DNA of 64,000 nt from Psammoneis japonica. Its lineage: Eukaryota. The notes under the pieces are model-generated. The model did not search any database. It was given only the letters and a program-made list of their open reading frames with translations, and was not told the origin of the DNA. This document shows positions 1 to 11,664 of the stretch, piece after piece (positions within the stretch are counted from its first letter, which is position 1; each line of letters starts with the position of its first letter). The stretch spans positions 827,607 through 891,606 of the forward strand of contig QPGO01000005.1 of NCBI GenBank assembly GCA_008632985.1. The letters are read 5' to 3'. A program made the translations under genes and the position numbers.

Positions 1-1129
1 GACAAACGAAAAGGCTCCACGTGGAGTGAACAAAACGCAAGAAGCGACAGTTCTACAGTAGTTGGGGGGTCGATCCAACTCACTCTCTCCATTAGAGAGG
101 GTGGTGGCTGGCAGAGAGACCATCCTCAGGTTCAAGTTTTGCTCCTTTGTGTTGGCAAAGATGAGTGTCGCTCTCACAACGTTCCTCCTTCACATCCCCA
201 GTGCAAGCCAGAGTTTTGTGGCACCCCCAGGAGCAGAAGTGCGCTCTTGTCTCAAGGCCATGCTGGCTTGTCGATTGTCAGAAAGAAGCCCTTTTTGTTC
301 TTCATTTCTTTCTTGCTTTGGCTTTAAACAGATGAAAAATGATGTGAGATCCACTTTGTGCAATGATGGCTCCAGTGTGGCTGGAAGTTGTGTGGGAGAT
401 CTTTTGTGGCAAAAGCCCCCCCTCAATCTGGGCTCAAACAAAAAAGAGCCCAAATCTCTGGCTTGGTCATGGCAGTGGCATTGTTTGCAAACAGATCGTC
501 AATCTGCTTTGTTTGCTTCATTGCAGCAGCACCAGTTGAAGAAAGTGCATGGAAAAGACTGCGTTTGCAGTTGAAAGCAGACAACTCGCGCAAGCCACCG
601 CATCAGTGCGGCACATTTTCAGCACAACTTCTGTCAGGTTGCTCAACATTTGTGCTGCTTTGGCCCAACTGGGGTTTCAACACTTTGTGTCATCATTCTC
701 ACTTTGCTCCCAACACCTTTGACATGGTCACCGAGTGCTCTTTTTGCGGCTTGTGTGTCATGTCTTTGCTTTGGAGAAAAGCAGTTGATGCAACTCACTG
801 CATTGGCCTGGATCTGTTCTCAACAACCCCAGGTCTTCCGACATTGCTTCCATCTGAATGCAGACAAAGCAGCTCTTCAGCAAACATGACATGACACAAG
901 AAGCAGCGGTGCTCCTTCTTGCAGACTTGTTGCAGTGGGAGAAGCTTTTCCTGCACTCAACCAGAGCAATGTTGCTCTCTGTGTTCCCATGAAGCACTGC
1001 AAGGAATCTTGTGATTAAAATTTGATTGCTTTGTCAGCTTGAGCAGCAACCAGAAACTGCTTTTGCCTGCAAGTGGGAAAGGAGTCTTGAGTCTTGTTCA
1101 AGGATGGCAGCACAAACTTGCTCTCATGG

Positions 1130-2046
1130 CTTTTTGCAATCGTTCCCACAATCCGAAGGCTTCTCCCAAGGCTGCCCCCCAGCTCCTCCGTTCTCTGCCC
1201 TCATCCTCAGCGTCATCCTCAAGCAACTCAACGCTGAACTTTGCCAATGCCTTTCCTCATCTGACGTCAAATCCACTGCCTCTCTTGTCGATGACACCAG
1301 CATTTGGCTCCCGCGCACCAAACTCTCATGGTTCCTCCAATGCCTCGAGGAGCTGGGCCCGCAGCACGGCATGTGCCTCAACCACTCCAAAACACACATG
1401 CTCACCTCCATCTCTGGCACCAGCCCCTCACCCAACCTGCCCCCAGCAAGTGCCAGCAACACCCTTTGCCAAGCCCTGTCCTTCCTCAACCCTGCAAACG
1501 ACCCCGCTTTACACCCCGAAATCACCACTGGACTCCGCTTCCTTGGCCAACCCGTTGGCAGCCCTGCCTTCACCCGCACATGCCTCGAACAGAAAGCTTC
1601 CAACTTCCGCACCAAACTTGACCACCTTTCATCTTGCCTCTGCTGCACCCAAACCAAAAGCTCCCTGCACCACACCTGCGCCATCCCATTGCTCCCACAC
1701 CTTCTGGTGTCTGATGTCCACTTCAACTTCGACCCAGACAATCCACCACCACTTGCCTCCTGGACCTCACCCTTCCAACAAGATGTCCAGTGCCACTGTG
1801 ATGCTTGTCTGCAACATCTCACAGCACAGCAACAACCCCTGCCACCTCACACCATGCTTCTTGCTCACCTCCCTGCAGCCTCTGGAGGCGTCGGCGGCTG
1901 TCAGCCCACACCCACCTCCACCATCCCCTTCCTCGTCTCTCAATTTGCCCACTCTTTTTGACATGCCACTCACAGACCAACGACAGGCAACAATGACTCC
2001 CCAAAACTCCCTCCCTTCTGCGCCTGCTCTCTCCAAACCTGGATGT
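1130..2046 (+). mobile_element. Degenerate non-LTR retrotransposon (RLE/CRE-like), reverse transcriptase part
   Basis: ORF 1026-1961 contains QSEGFSQGCPPAPPFS (QG.PLSP motif), SLVDD (YxDD-like) and GMCLNHSKT, i.e. non-LTR RT domains 5-7. Interrupted at 2047 by a TIR element. Confidence 0.75.
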
Positions 2047-2115
2047 GTTCCAGCTCTGGGTGGGACCTTGCACCACTGAACTGTGACATCAACAGTTTTT
2101 TGGATCGCGTCGCAT

Positions 2116-2547
2116 TGCCCTGTGTGTGTGCCAGGCGCTGAAAAAGAAGATGTGTTACGACTTTGTCGTTGTGAAAATTGTGAGCTAGTTTAGAGCAGAG
2201 AAAATGGGATCGTGCAAATGGGGAATCTTGCCAAATCCCTGTTCGTTTGCATTTGGATCGCATTGAATCGATCGTGCGTTCGCATCATGGATCGTGCGAA
2301 TCAAGCCATCACGCGCCATGCACGAGTGATGTCATCGTGTGGAATCACGCTGCCATCGTGGGCCAGACGACGGGCCAGTGTGCTTCACACGGATGCTCTC
2401 TTGGCATCCTCAAGGAATTGCCTGAGACCCAGAGCCACGCCCTCCTGTGGTCGTGCTTCCCAGGCACGTGTCAACAACACTGCGTTGCCATGCACAAGAG
2501 GCTCATGCACGGTCTCGCCGTGTTGTCCAGTGGTGAGGCACACTGCA
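2116..2547 (-). repeat. Gypsy 3' LTR
   Basis: Aligns with 6900-7333 and lies next to the PPT. Confidence 0.9.
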
Positions 2548-2586
2548 CACTCCCCCATGATCAGGGCCGTCAAGTGACAGGATGTC

Positions 2587-5500
2587 TCACTGGTGATGGG
2601 GTGCAATCTGCCGTAGATTACACGTGTCTGTCAGCGCTCCGTTCTGGGTGCGCAACGTGCCGTTGTCATGTGCTCGGACAACTCTGGCGGGTCCTGCATG
2701 GATGTCAGAACTGCACTTAGAGGATTGTTCCTGCTTGACAAGCACCAATTGCCCTGCGGCACATTGATGCTCCTTGCGTTTCTGATTTTCACGCTTGTTG
2801 TTTGAGTGGACAAGCTTCTGCTTTCTGGTTTCTATGTGCTTCCACTCAGCACGATGGGCAACAGACAAAACCGCATCGCGTCCGAAGACCAATTGCGTGG
2901 GACTTGCACGCGTGGTCGTGTGTGCCGCAGCTCTGATGGTGAAGGCCACTGCGGAGAGGATGCCACTCCATGGGTCATCTTCGTCCAGTTCCATGTCCTG
3001 CACTGAAAAGGAACGCACCATGTCACCAAGTGTCTGGTGCACACGTTCCACCATGGCATTCGCCTGTGGATTCTGTTCACTTGTGGGTTTCTTCAAAATC
3101 CCACAGTCATTTTTAATCATCTGGCTGAATTCTGCCATAAATTCTGTCCCACGGTCATAAACTGCCTGGGTTGGCCACGGACATCTGCGTGGCCAAGTTT
3201 GTTCTACGATGTTTGCTGCGACGTCTGCGCATTTCGCAGACACTTCTTTAATCTCGAACCACCCGGTTGCTGGGTCAATCATTGTGACTGCCCACAATTG
3301 CAAGGTGTCCTTTCCGCGTCTTTGAATTTTATGTGGCCCCATCACATCCATGCACAGAGTCTCCCATGGAATTGTCTCTGCGACCTTTTCTGGCAGCTTC
3401 CCACAACGCTGCGTTCGGCGTTTTGTCTTCTGGCATCGATCGCACTTGACGCATGTAGAATGCACCGTAGACCTCACACCAGGCCAATGGAAGTGCTGGG
3501 CAATGGGCATTTCTGCACGTGTCTCACCTGGATGACACAGTGTCTCGTGGCACCATTCAGTTAGCGGAACCTGCAATGACTGTGGTGCTACGATTTTGTC
3601 CTTATGACAGATTAACTGTCGTGATGACCCTCCCCCACGATGCGCGCGAATGGAGCAGTCGGACAAGTCCTTGGCTCGTGAGAGCAGGCGCTTGTCCTTT
3701 TGTTGTGCTTTTTGAATGCGCTTGAAGCCAACAGGCAGAGATGGCTCATCTTGAGCATCTGCGTTAAAGGCTTCATGCAAAGGACGACTCAATGGAGTGT
3801 CTTTTACATCCGGATTGGCCTCGGAAGGCAAGCTGGGTGCCAGTCGAAGGCGACCAAGAGCGTCAGCGACTGGGTTGTGGGCACCCTTAACACAGCGTAA
3901 TTCGGGACTGCATTCTTCGCATGTCAGCCGCCAGCGCATGACGCACTCGGCATTGAATGCTTTGCACGTAAGATTTTTATGATCAGCATGCATGATCACA
4001 CGATGACCAAGGAGAATCGTTCAAAATTCTTTCAACGTCTCCACAATGGCGAGTGATTCTCTCTCCGTTGTTGTGTGATTTAATTGCGCACTGTTGAGCT
4101 TTCTGCTGCAAAAGGCGACAGGTTCATTGTCTTGGGACACAACTGCTCCCAATTGATGTTTAGAGGCATCGGCGCGCATCTCAAAGGGTTTGTTAAAATC
4201 AGGATGTGACAACAAAACATCATCCGACATTGCCCGTTTAACGGTTTCGAGTGCCTCATCTTCAACGGACGTCCACTCCCACTTGACAGTCTCGCTTGCG
4301 AGTCGTGTTGGTGGAGCCAAGACTTCAGAACGTCTAATCCACGTGTCGCGGCAGCAGTTCACCACACCAACAAATGAACGCAGGCCGCGTTCATTGGCTG
4401 GGGTCGCGATTCGCTCAATGGCGTCGACTTTGTCAGGCATTGGTCACATTCCATCTCTGTTGACCAGATGACCCAAGCACTCTAATTGGGTTTGACAGAA
4501 GTGAGATTTGGTTGCGTTGACTTTTGGTCCTGCTTTCTGGACCCTCAATGAAGCTTCTTCAAGTTTGTTGAGGTGATCTTCACAGGTGCCTTTCGTCACG
4601 ACGAGAAGGTCATCTGGTTCGAACGAACGACAGATCTTCAAATGAGCCTGACATGCGTTCTTGGAAAATGTCTGGCGAATTACATAATCCCATGGGCAAT
4701 GCCTGCATCTCATACTTGCCCCACGGGAAGATGAGCGTGCAGAGCTTCTTGCTATCAGCATCCAATCGGATGTGATAATAGCCCATGTTTAAATCCAGCG
4801 ATGTAGCCCACATAAAGCCTTCGAGCTTAAGTAGCATATCTTGGATATCAGGAATCGTATAAGGCAATCGCTTGATCCGTTTATTCAGCTCTCTGAAATC
4901 ATTAATAAAGCGTACCGTTAAATCTTTCTTCGGTATGATAAATGATGGAGCTGCCCAATTGGATCGGTTAACGCGTTTGAGAACACCGATACGTACTAGG
5001 CGTTCTACTTCTTTACGTAGCGTAGCTTCGTACGCACGAGGTACTTTATACGGACGAGCGTGGTATGGTTCTACACCCTCCTTGAGTTGGATATGGTAGG
5101 GTTCTCCCTTCCATTCTCCTAATGTCCCATCAAATAAGGACTCATGGCGTTTCAATAGTGCCAAAAGGTCATTTTGTTGAACTATAGAAAGTCCTATTGT
5201 CCCTCGCGTTATGTCCTCGAGGCAGGCCGGCGCGTACTTAGCGTCTAAAATACGCGAAATCCGGTCGGTTTCCGAAGATAAGGCTTCTGGATCTTTAAGA
5301 TAGAAGGAGGTTTCCACCGTAGCATCTACGTGCCTCATTGGTACTTCTCCATTGACTAATGGCCATTCTATCATCTGTTTAGAGAAGACAATATCAATGC
5401 CTTGTGTCTCCAGAATGTCACGTCCAATAATCATATCGTACTTGCCCAACTTTCCGTTGTGTACGTGGACGGTATGCTTAAGTTCTGCAGTTTCGGATAA

Positions 5501-6805
5501 TTCTGGTAACCAAAATTTAACGGTAAAGTCGTTAGACGTACTAAACGAGCCTGCTACCGTAGTCCAGTTTGTCTCAGCCGTTGAATGGCTTCGCAGACGT
5601 TTACAGTATCGACTATCGAGTAGAGTACTGCTGGCGCCACTATCTAGTAGTGCCTTAATGGTTTGAGTCTTGCCCTTGCCATGTTTAGTATTCATAGCTA
5701 TAAACAAGATTGGAGTAAGATGAGTCTTTTTAACTCGTTTACGGGATTGGCCTACAACATGTGTACGATGGTAATTCAGTTGTTCATTAATACATTCATC
5801 TAATGTATTAAAACTACCTGTATCGTGTCGGCAAGTGTCCGAGTCTTCGGAATCACTTAAGTTGAGGTCGCGGAAGTGATTAATTTCCTCCTCGCGGGCC
5901 TTGCGCTTTTTCTGAGCGTTGGCAAAGAACTCCTCGACCTTCGATCCGATGAGAGCATTAATGTCTTCCTCATTCCGAGGTTTTATGTTAGGCTTACTGC
6001 CTCCGTTACTGGAATGTCCAGTCTTGACACGTTTTACGTGGGTGTTCGGTTGGGTCGTGATCAACGACTCAGAATTGTCCGTTCTACGTCCCGGCTTGCG
6101 TGGAACCTTAGCATGTTGGTCGTGGTTACCTTCGGCAAGCTCGACCTGCTCGGTGCGCTCGCAGAACTGTACAAATTCGGCGATGGCATGCGCCAACGGG
6201 TCAAAATTCTGTAGCGTCATGAACTTCTGCCGTGCGTTCGGCACACCGCACTCGAACATGTCGCACAGTTCGTCGTCAGGCAATGGTGCCGGTGTTTCTC
6301 CATCCTCCATCACGGGTGGAAACTGAGAGATGCAGCCGTTAATTTCAACAGCCCTCGCGACGCAGTCACGAGTGGAAACCTCTGCGGGCTTGCGCATGAA
6401 GCGCCGCAGACAACGCTTCTGCAGCAGCGCCGCCCCATTTGGGAAGATGCTTTCCTTTAGCTTCGCGACGCATGCTGCGTGCGCAGCGTTGGTTTGGGAT
6501 GCCTGCTCATCAGTGGCATTGTCAAATGACGTCAGAGCATCGCCCTGCAGCAGGTCACGCATGAGGGCAAATTTCGCTGGCCCGGTCGTGATGTTTTGTC
6601 CTTCGTGCACGCGATCCACGTTGCGCAGAAAGATCAGGAGTGTCTCGCATGTAGCCGCAGAAAGGTGCGGGATGCCCATCTCGTGCATTGGACTGTCCGG
6701 ATCAGTGGGGTTGTTACGCAGCTTGAACGTCTGGCACTCGCCCTGCTGCAGCTCTTTCTTCTCCGGCCGTGCGAATGGAATCGGCGGCTCAATCCGCTTC
6801 TTCAT
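2587..6805 (-). pseudogene. Gypsy gag-pol, disrupted
   Basis: Protease ALLDSGAS; RT WAAPSFIIPKKD, DFRELN, LDLNMGYYHI; RNase H ADASKHQLG, SRKL; integrase HPG..C..C, DRGTEF, ANAMVER. Frameshift near YxDD (~4615) and TGA stops at ~4444 and ~4021. Confidence 0.92.
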
Positions 6806-6899
6806 GGTCGTTTTGAGATTTGTCGGTCCTGCCAACATTTCACAGTTTCATTTCTGTAGATTTCGTCACCTCGCACAACATGCGGGAGTGACATTGCTG

Positions 6900-7333
6900 T
6901 GCCCCATGCATGCACTGGGCGCTAAAAAAGAAGATGTGTTGCGACTTTGTCGTTGTGAAAATCATGAGCCAGTTTAGAGTGGAGAAAATGGGATCGTGCG
7001 AACAGGGAATCTTGCCAAATCCCTGTTCGTTCGCATTTGGATCGCGTTGGATCAATCGTGCGTTCGCATTGTGGATCGTGTGAATCAAGCCATCACGCGC
7101 CATGCACGAGTGATGTCATCGTGTGGAATCACGCTGCCATCGTGGGCCAGACGACGGGCTGGTGTGCTTCACACGGATGCTCTCTTAGCATCCTTCTGGA
7201 ATTGCCTGAGACCTAGAGCCACGCCCTCCTGTGGTCGTGCTTCCCAGGTGCGTGTCAACAATGCCACGTTGCCACGCACAAGAGGCTCATGCACGGGGTC
7301 TCGCCGTGTTGTCCAGCAGCGAGGCATGCTGCA
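6900..7333 (-). repeat. Gypsy 5' LTR
   Basis: Aligns with 2116-2547 and is followed by TSD GCAT. Confidence 0.9.
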
Positions 7334-7657
7334 GCATGTCGCACACACACATTTCTGCGTGTGTGATGTTCTGCGAAATTGTTTCATGCTCCCTGTTTTG
7401 CAAAGCCAAAGGCTTTCTATTTTCGACATTCATGAGAATGAAAATGCGCTGGGTGTGTTCTTCAATGTCTGCAGAATGCACCCGGGCAAACCATCAATGA
7501 TGTGCTCCAAGTGTGAAGGAGGAGATGTGTTCACAAAATTGCCTCTTTTTCTGTTGGCGACAACGTGTGTTTTTGTTGCTTGGTGCACTTGCTGCAGAGC
7601 TTGCACATGGAATTCTGCAGGTGAAATGTCACACAGAGTCCCACCTGGAACTGGAAC

Positions 7658-8770
7658 CCATCCCTGGGCCATGTCCTGCTGCCCTTTGCGCCTTTGCCAA
7701 GTCTTCCAACACTGCGGCACAGCAGCCATGCACAACCTTGACCCTCCTCCACGCTCCCTCAAAGCCCTTGTAAAAACACACCTGCTGCACAACCTCTCCC
7801 ATGACCTGCGCCATGCTCACTTCAAACAACAACTCAAGAATCTCCAACAACAAGGACCATCATGCGTTGCCCTTGTGCTCCCATTGCTCCTCTCCCCACT
7901 TGGTGCGAGCCTCCCTCTCCACTTTCTTGCCCGCTCCCTGCCCCAACAATGCTTCAAGAACCCTGAACAGTTCCTTCTCATGTTGCAATGCGCAAACTGC
8001 GGCTTCCCATCTCACCTCAACAGCCTCAATCCATCTCCTGCCCCTCTTGCACCGGCACCATTGACCCCTGTGGCAACCACGCTTTTTGCTGCTGCTCCCT
8101 GGGACACAAAACAACGGTGTCCAACGCCATCATCCGAGACGGCCTGTGTGCAACTCTCCAAACATTGGCCCCCCTGTCTGGCATCTGTGCTGACTCATCT
8201 GCCATCCACCACGAACCCGCCAACTTGGTGCCCCATTTGCCCCTCAAATGCCCTGCTGACGTGGGCATCCAGCTCACCCCAGCTGCCTCTCCTCTTGGAC
8301 ACTGCCATCTGGCAATCAATGTCACCATCCCCAAACCTCCTCCATTGCCTGCTCCTGGCTTGCCTGCCCCCACCCTTGACCCTCACACCAAGGCACACTG
8401 CATGAGCACCAAACGGAAGTTCAATGGCATCATCCACGAAACCCAACATGAAGCCACACTTGCATCTGCCCTTGACGATGCTGGCATCCACCTCATTCCT
8501 TTTGCTGTCGACCATCCAGGAGCCCCTGGATGCTTTGCTCACCACCTTCTTTTTGGTGCCAACCAAGAACACCCAATCCCTGCCCCACTGGCCCCTCCCT
8601 CCTGGACCACTGAAACCTCCTTCCAACACCCCACTGCCCATGCTGCATGATGTGCCTGCACCCAATCATCACCATCAGCCATTCTCCCCACTGCCGCCAC
8701 CGCTTGGCAAAATGTCACAGCCGAACAATTCAGCTTGACCCGCCATGCTTCTACTCCATCACAGTGGGGC
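7658..8770 (+). mobile_element. Continuation of the non-LTR element: zinc knuckle plus restriction-like endonuclease
   Basis: ORF 7988-8650 reads CPSCTGTIDPCGNHAFCC...SNAIIRDGL...EP...CPADVGI...LAINVTI, matching the C-x-C..D..G.H...C / RD / RPAD / AIDVT pattern of RLE-type LINEs. Same strand and C-rich composition as 1130-2046. Confidence 0.7.
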
Positions 8771-8776
8771 CTTCAA

Positions 8777-9121
8777 GTTCCAGCCCCAGGTGGGACTTTT
8801 TGTGACATTTGCCCTGCAGAATTCCACATGAGAGCTCTGTGTTTCGTGCTCTGGTCAATGAACACATTCATCTCTCACACAAAAAAAGGCCAAAGTTTTG
8901 GACAGTGCACCTGCCCTGTGCCATTTTTAAGACACTCAAGAATGGTGCAGAAGAAAAAAAACATTGAAAGTTGTTGAATGGATCGCCTGACAATTGCACT
9001 ATAAAATGACACAAAATTTTGCCAAACTCACGTAGAAATGTACGTGCGCGACATGCGACGCAATTCAAAAAACTGTCGATGTCACAGTTCAGCAGTGCAA
9101 GGTCCCACCTGGACCTGGAAC
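8777..9121. mobile_element. MITE-like TIR element, second family member, inverted relative to the first
   Basis: TIRs GTTCCAGCCCCAGGTGGGAC and GTCCCACCTGGACCTGGAAC. Both ends match 2047-2115/7334-7360 and 7595-7657 in reverse complement, while the middle is divergent. Confidence 0.7.
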
Positions 9122-11664
9122 ATGACGTTCAAAGCCTGAGCTTTGCAATCACCAAATCAATCGCTGCCCAATTGACCTGCTGCTCCACCAAACTGCAATC
9201 CCAACTCTCCAACCCCAGTTCAAAATCCATCGCTTTTCCCACCTGCATGACTCAATTTCACCCTTGCCCTGCATCTGCCCCTCCCCCCTTGCCACTGGGT
9301 GATGTTGCACGTGAACACTCCTCACGCGCGTGCACCACTGGGCAGCTCCCCTGACCAGCAACAAGTCCTCTGTCAAAGCTGACGCCCCAACCTCTGAGAC
9401 CATGGGTGATGCCTTTTTGACCTTTTTGTCATTGCTTTCTCACAGTGCAGCTCACTTTCAAATCTTGCATGGGTTGACTCTTCCACCAAGCAGTTTGGGA
9501 AAAAATGCAGCAGTCTTGGTGTTTGCACAAGAGCCAAACTGCTGCACAAGGCCAGTGAGTGAAGAAGTCAAGAAGAGTGCAGCAATCCAACCACCTTGAT
9601 GTTCCTCTCCTTTTGGCTGAAGTGACTCAACACCAAAATGTCACAAGGCAGAGTGTCTCCATCAGGTTGTCTGTCTCATTTTGACAAATGTTTGGGAGAG
9701 GCCAGACAATCTCAGCAGGGAACTTTCATTGAGGTTGCAGAGCTTGCTTGCAATGTCTGGCGGCACAATCTCAAACAATTGGCCCCTCATTTCAAGCAGC
9801 ATGTTTTGTGTGATGTGAAACAGCCATTCTCTCTTGCTGGCTGAAAAGTCAAAATGACATTGCCAGCCTTGCTTTGCAGCTGCATTGCAACAAGACTGAG
9901 GCCCAGCAGTTTCAAGAACAACTTCCCACTTGCACTTTTTGTGCTGCGTTCTTGTGTGTTGCTTGTCTGAGTTTGTTGAAAAGAAAGCAATGCCTTGGAC
10001 AAAGAAAGCAATGCCTTGGACAAATCATGCGACACTTCTCCACAATGAGGCTGGCTCTTGAAAAGAGCAGAAAGAATGTGTTTCTTTGTGTGTTGGGGCA
10101 GTTTTGCCAGCAGGGGCGAGTTCAGTCCAGCACAAACACAGCACATCACCTGGTCTTGCCCTTAAAAAGATTTGTCAACAAATCAGCTGCCAACTCTGGA
10201 ATGGACAATTTCAAAAGAGCTCCAAGGAATCTGCCTTTTGGAGGATTTGATGGTCTTTTGAGTGACAAATGGCCCAGCTGTTGTTGAAACAATGTGCTGA
10301 CTTCATTTGTTCTTGCAGAGAGCTCAATCATTCTTGAGTTTTGCAACAAGCCTGCTCAGCACCACCAGCAACAAACTTTCTAAGCTGAGCAATTCCAGGA
10401 GGGTCAACCACAGAGGAAATGAAGACATGGGTGCAGCAGCCACAACATTCAAGGTGGTGTCAATGGCTTCTCTCTGATGCAGGCAGCAAACCAGAGTGTG
10501 CCTTTTTGAAAGATCGCATCTCTGCAAAGGATGCTGAAGACTGTTCTGCCCATCATTGCCGCTCATTTTGTCAACAACTGCCGTGAGAACAAAATTGCCA
10601 AACAAGGGTCAACAACTGGTCCAACCCTCCTGATTGCCCACTGGTTCTCCTTGGCAGCTCCCAAAAGCTGATCTCCTTCACATGGGGCGGTGCAAGGCTT
10701 TTTCTGCTGCAGGTGTGAGACACATCTGATGCAAGTCAACTGTTTGCCCATGGCACCCATGAGGCACTGCACACTGCATGCCATCGAAGGTCTTTGTGCT
10801 CTTGTGCATGGAAAAGAGCTTTTTTTGCACTTGACCCATCCATGTGCAGCAGCCTGCCTTGTTTTTTTTTTTTGCTCTGAGCTTTTCTGCCATTCTGCCA
10901 ATGCAGGTTTTTCAGCACCCAGGCTGACTTTTGAGCACCATTCTGCCCCAGCCAAACAGCCAAGCCCACACCTTTGATGTCTGCCTCCTCGCATGGCTTC
11001 TGATCACCAAAGCAATCAGTGCCAAAGCCATCACCAGGCCAGGATGTCCAGAGTTTCTCCTTCATGGCAAGGTGATGAAGTTTGTCTGCAGGCATGTCTG
11101 GATGAAGCACTTTTGTTGGAGGCATGGGATGGACGTGGTTAAAGTCCTCCCTGGGGGATGTGGAAGTTGAATGTTTGAACATGGTCAAATTGTTCAATCG
11201 ATGAAAAACTGTTGAAACGAAGTTGGCAGCTGCAACAAGTTTGGGTTCCAGCTGGTGAAAGATGCTTTTTGCCAACGTCCCCAGTTGTTCCGTCGTTTTG
11301 AATGTGTGCGTTTGCCCTCGCGATCGGATAGTCCGAACCATCCTTTGTACCCGGTCGAATGAGTCGATGCCTTCGAAGCAAGCTATGCGATGCGACTCCC
11401 TCTACAGTGGACTATGACCATCTTACCGTAACAGAGTGGTAGGGCCCAGCAAAAAGAATCTATTTAGATACGAAGCTATTTGTCTGCTTTGCTGCGCGAT
11501 TCAGAAAAAAAACTGGGTCTATAATGACGAAGGACCAACTTTCAGTTCTCACACGTCCTCTCTAACAGGTAGCTAGTAGTAGAGAGTAGAGAGCTGAAAA
11601 GAAGCTCCTGCCCAGCATTTTTTCGAAACTTGGGATTAATTGATGTTGCCGACGAGGTGCTCTC

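Larger units (their letters stand above)
2116..7333 (-). mobile_element. Ty3/Gypsy LTR retrotransposon, full length, mutated
   Basis: Two direct repeats of about 432 bp with TG...CA ends, a 4-bp TSD GCAT (2112-2115 and 7334-7337), a PPT (GGGGGAG on minus, 2550-2556) and domain order gag-PR-RT-RH-IN. Confidence 0.95.
2047..7657. mobile_element. MITE-like TIR element of about 390 bp, split by the Gypsy insertion (2047-2115 plus 7334-7657)
   Basis: Imperfect terminal inverted repeats GTTCCAGCTCTGGGTGGGAC (2047) and GTCCCACCTGGAACTGGAAC (ends 7657). The sequence across the Gypsy site matches an uninterrupted inverted relative at 8777-9121. Confidence 0.7.

Noticed and set aside
4770..5890. Classical fungal RIP (CA->TA) producing the TA-rich patches
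   Set aside because: The TA-rich patch encodes canonical stop-free protein while the TA-poor parts have damaged motifs, so the direction is TA loss.
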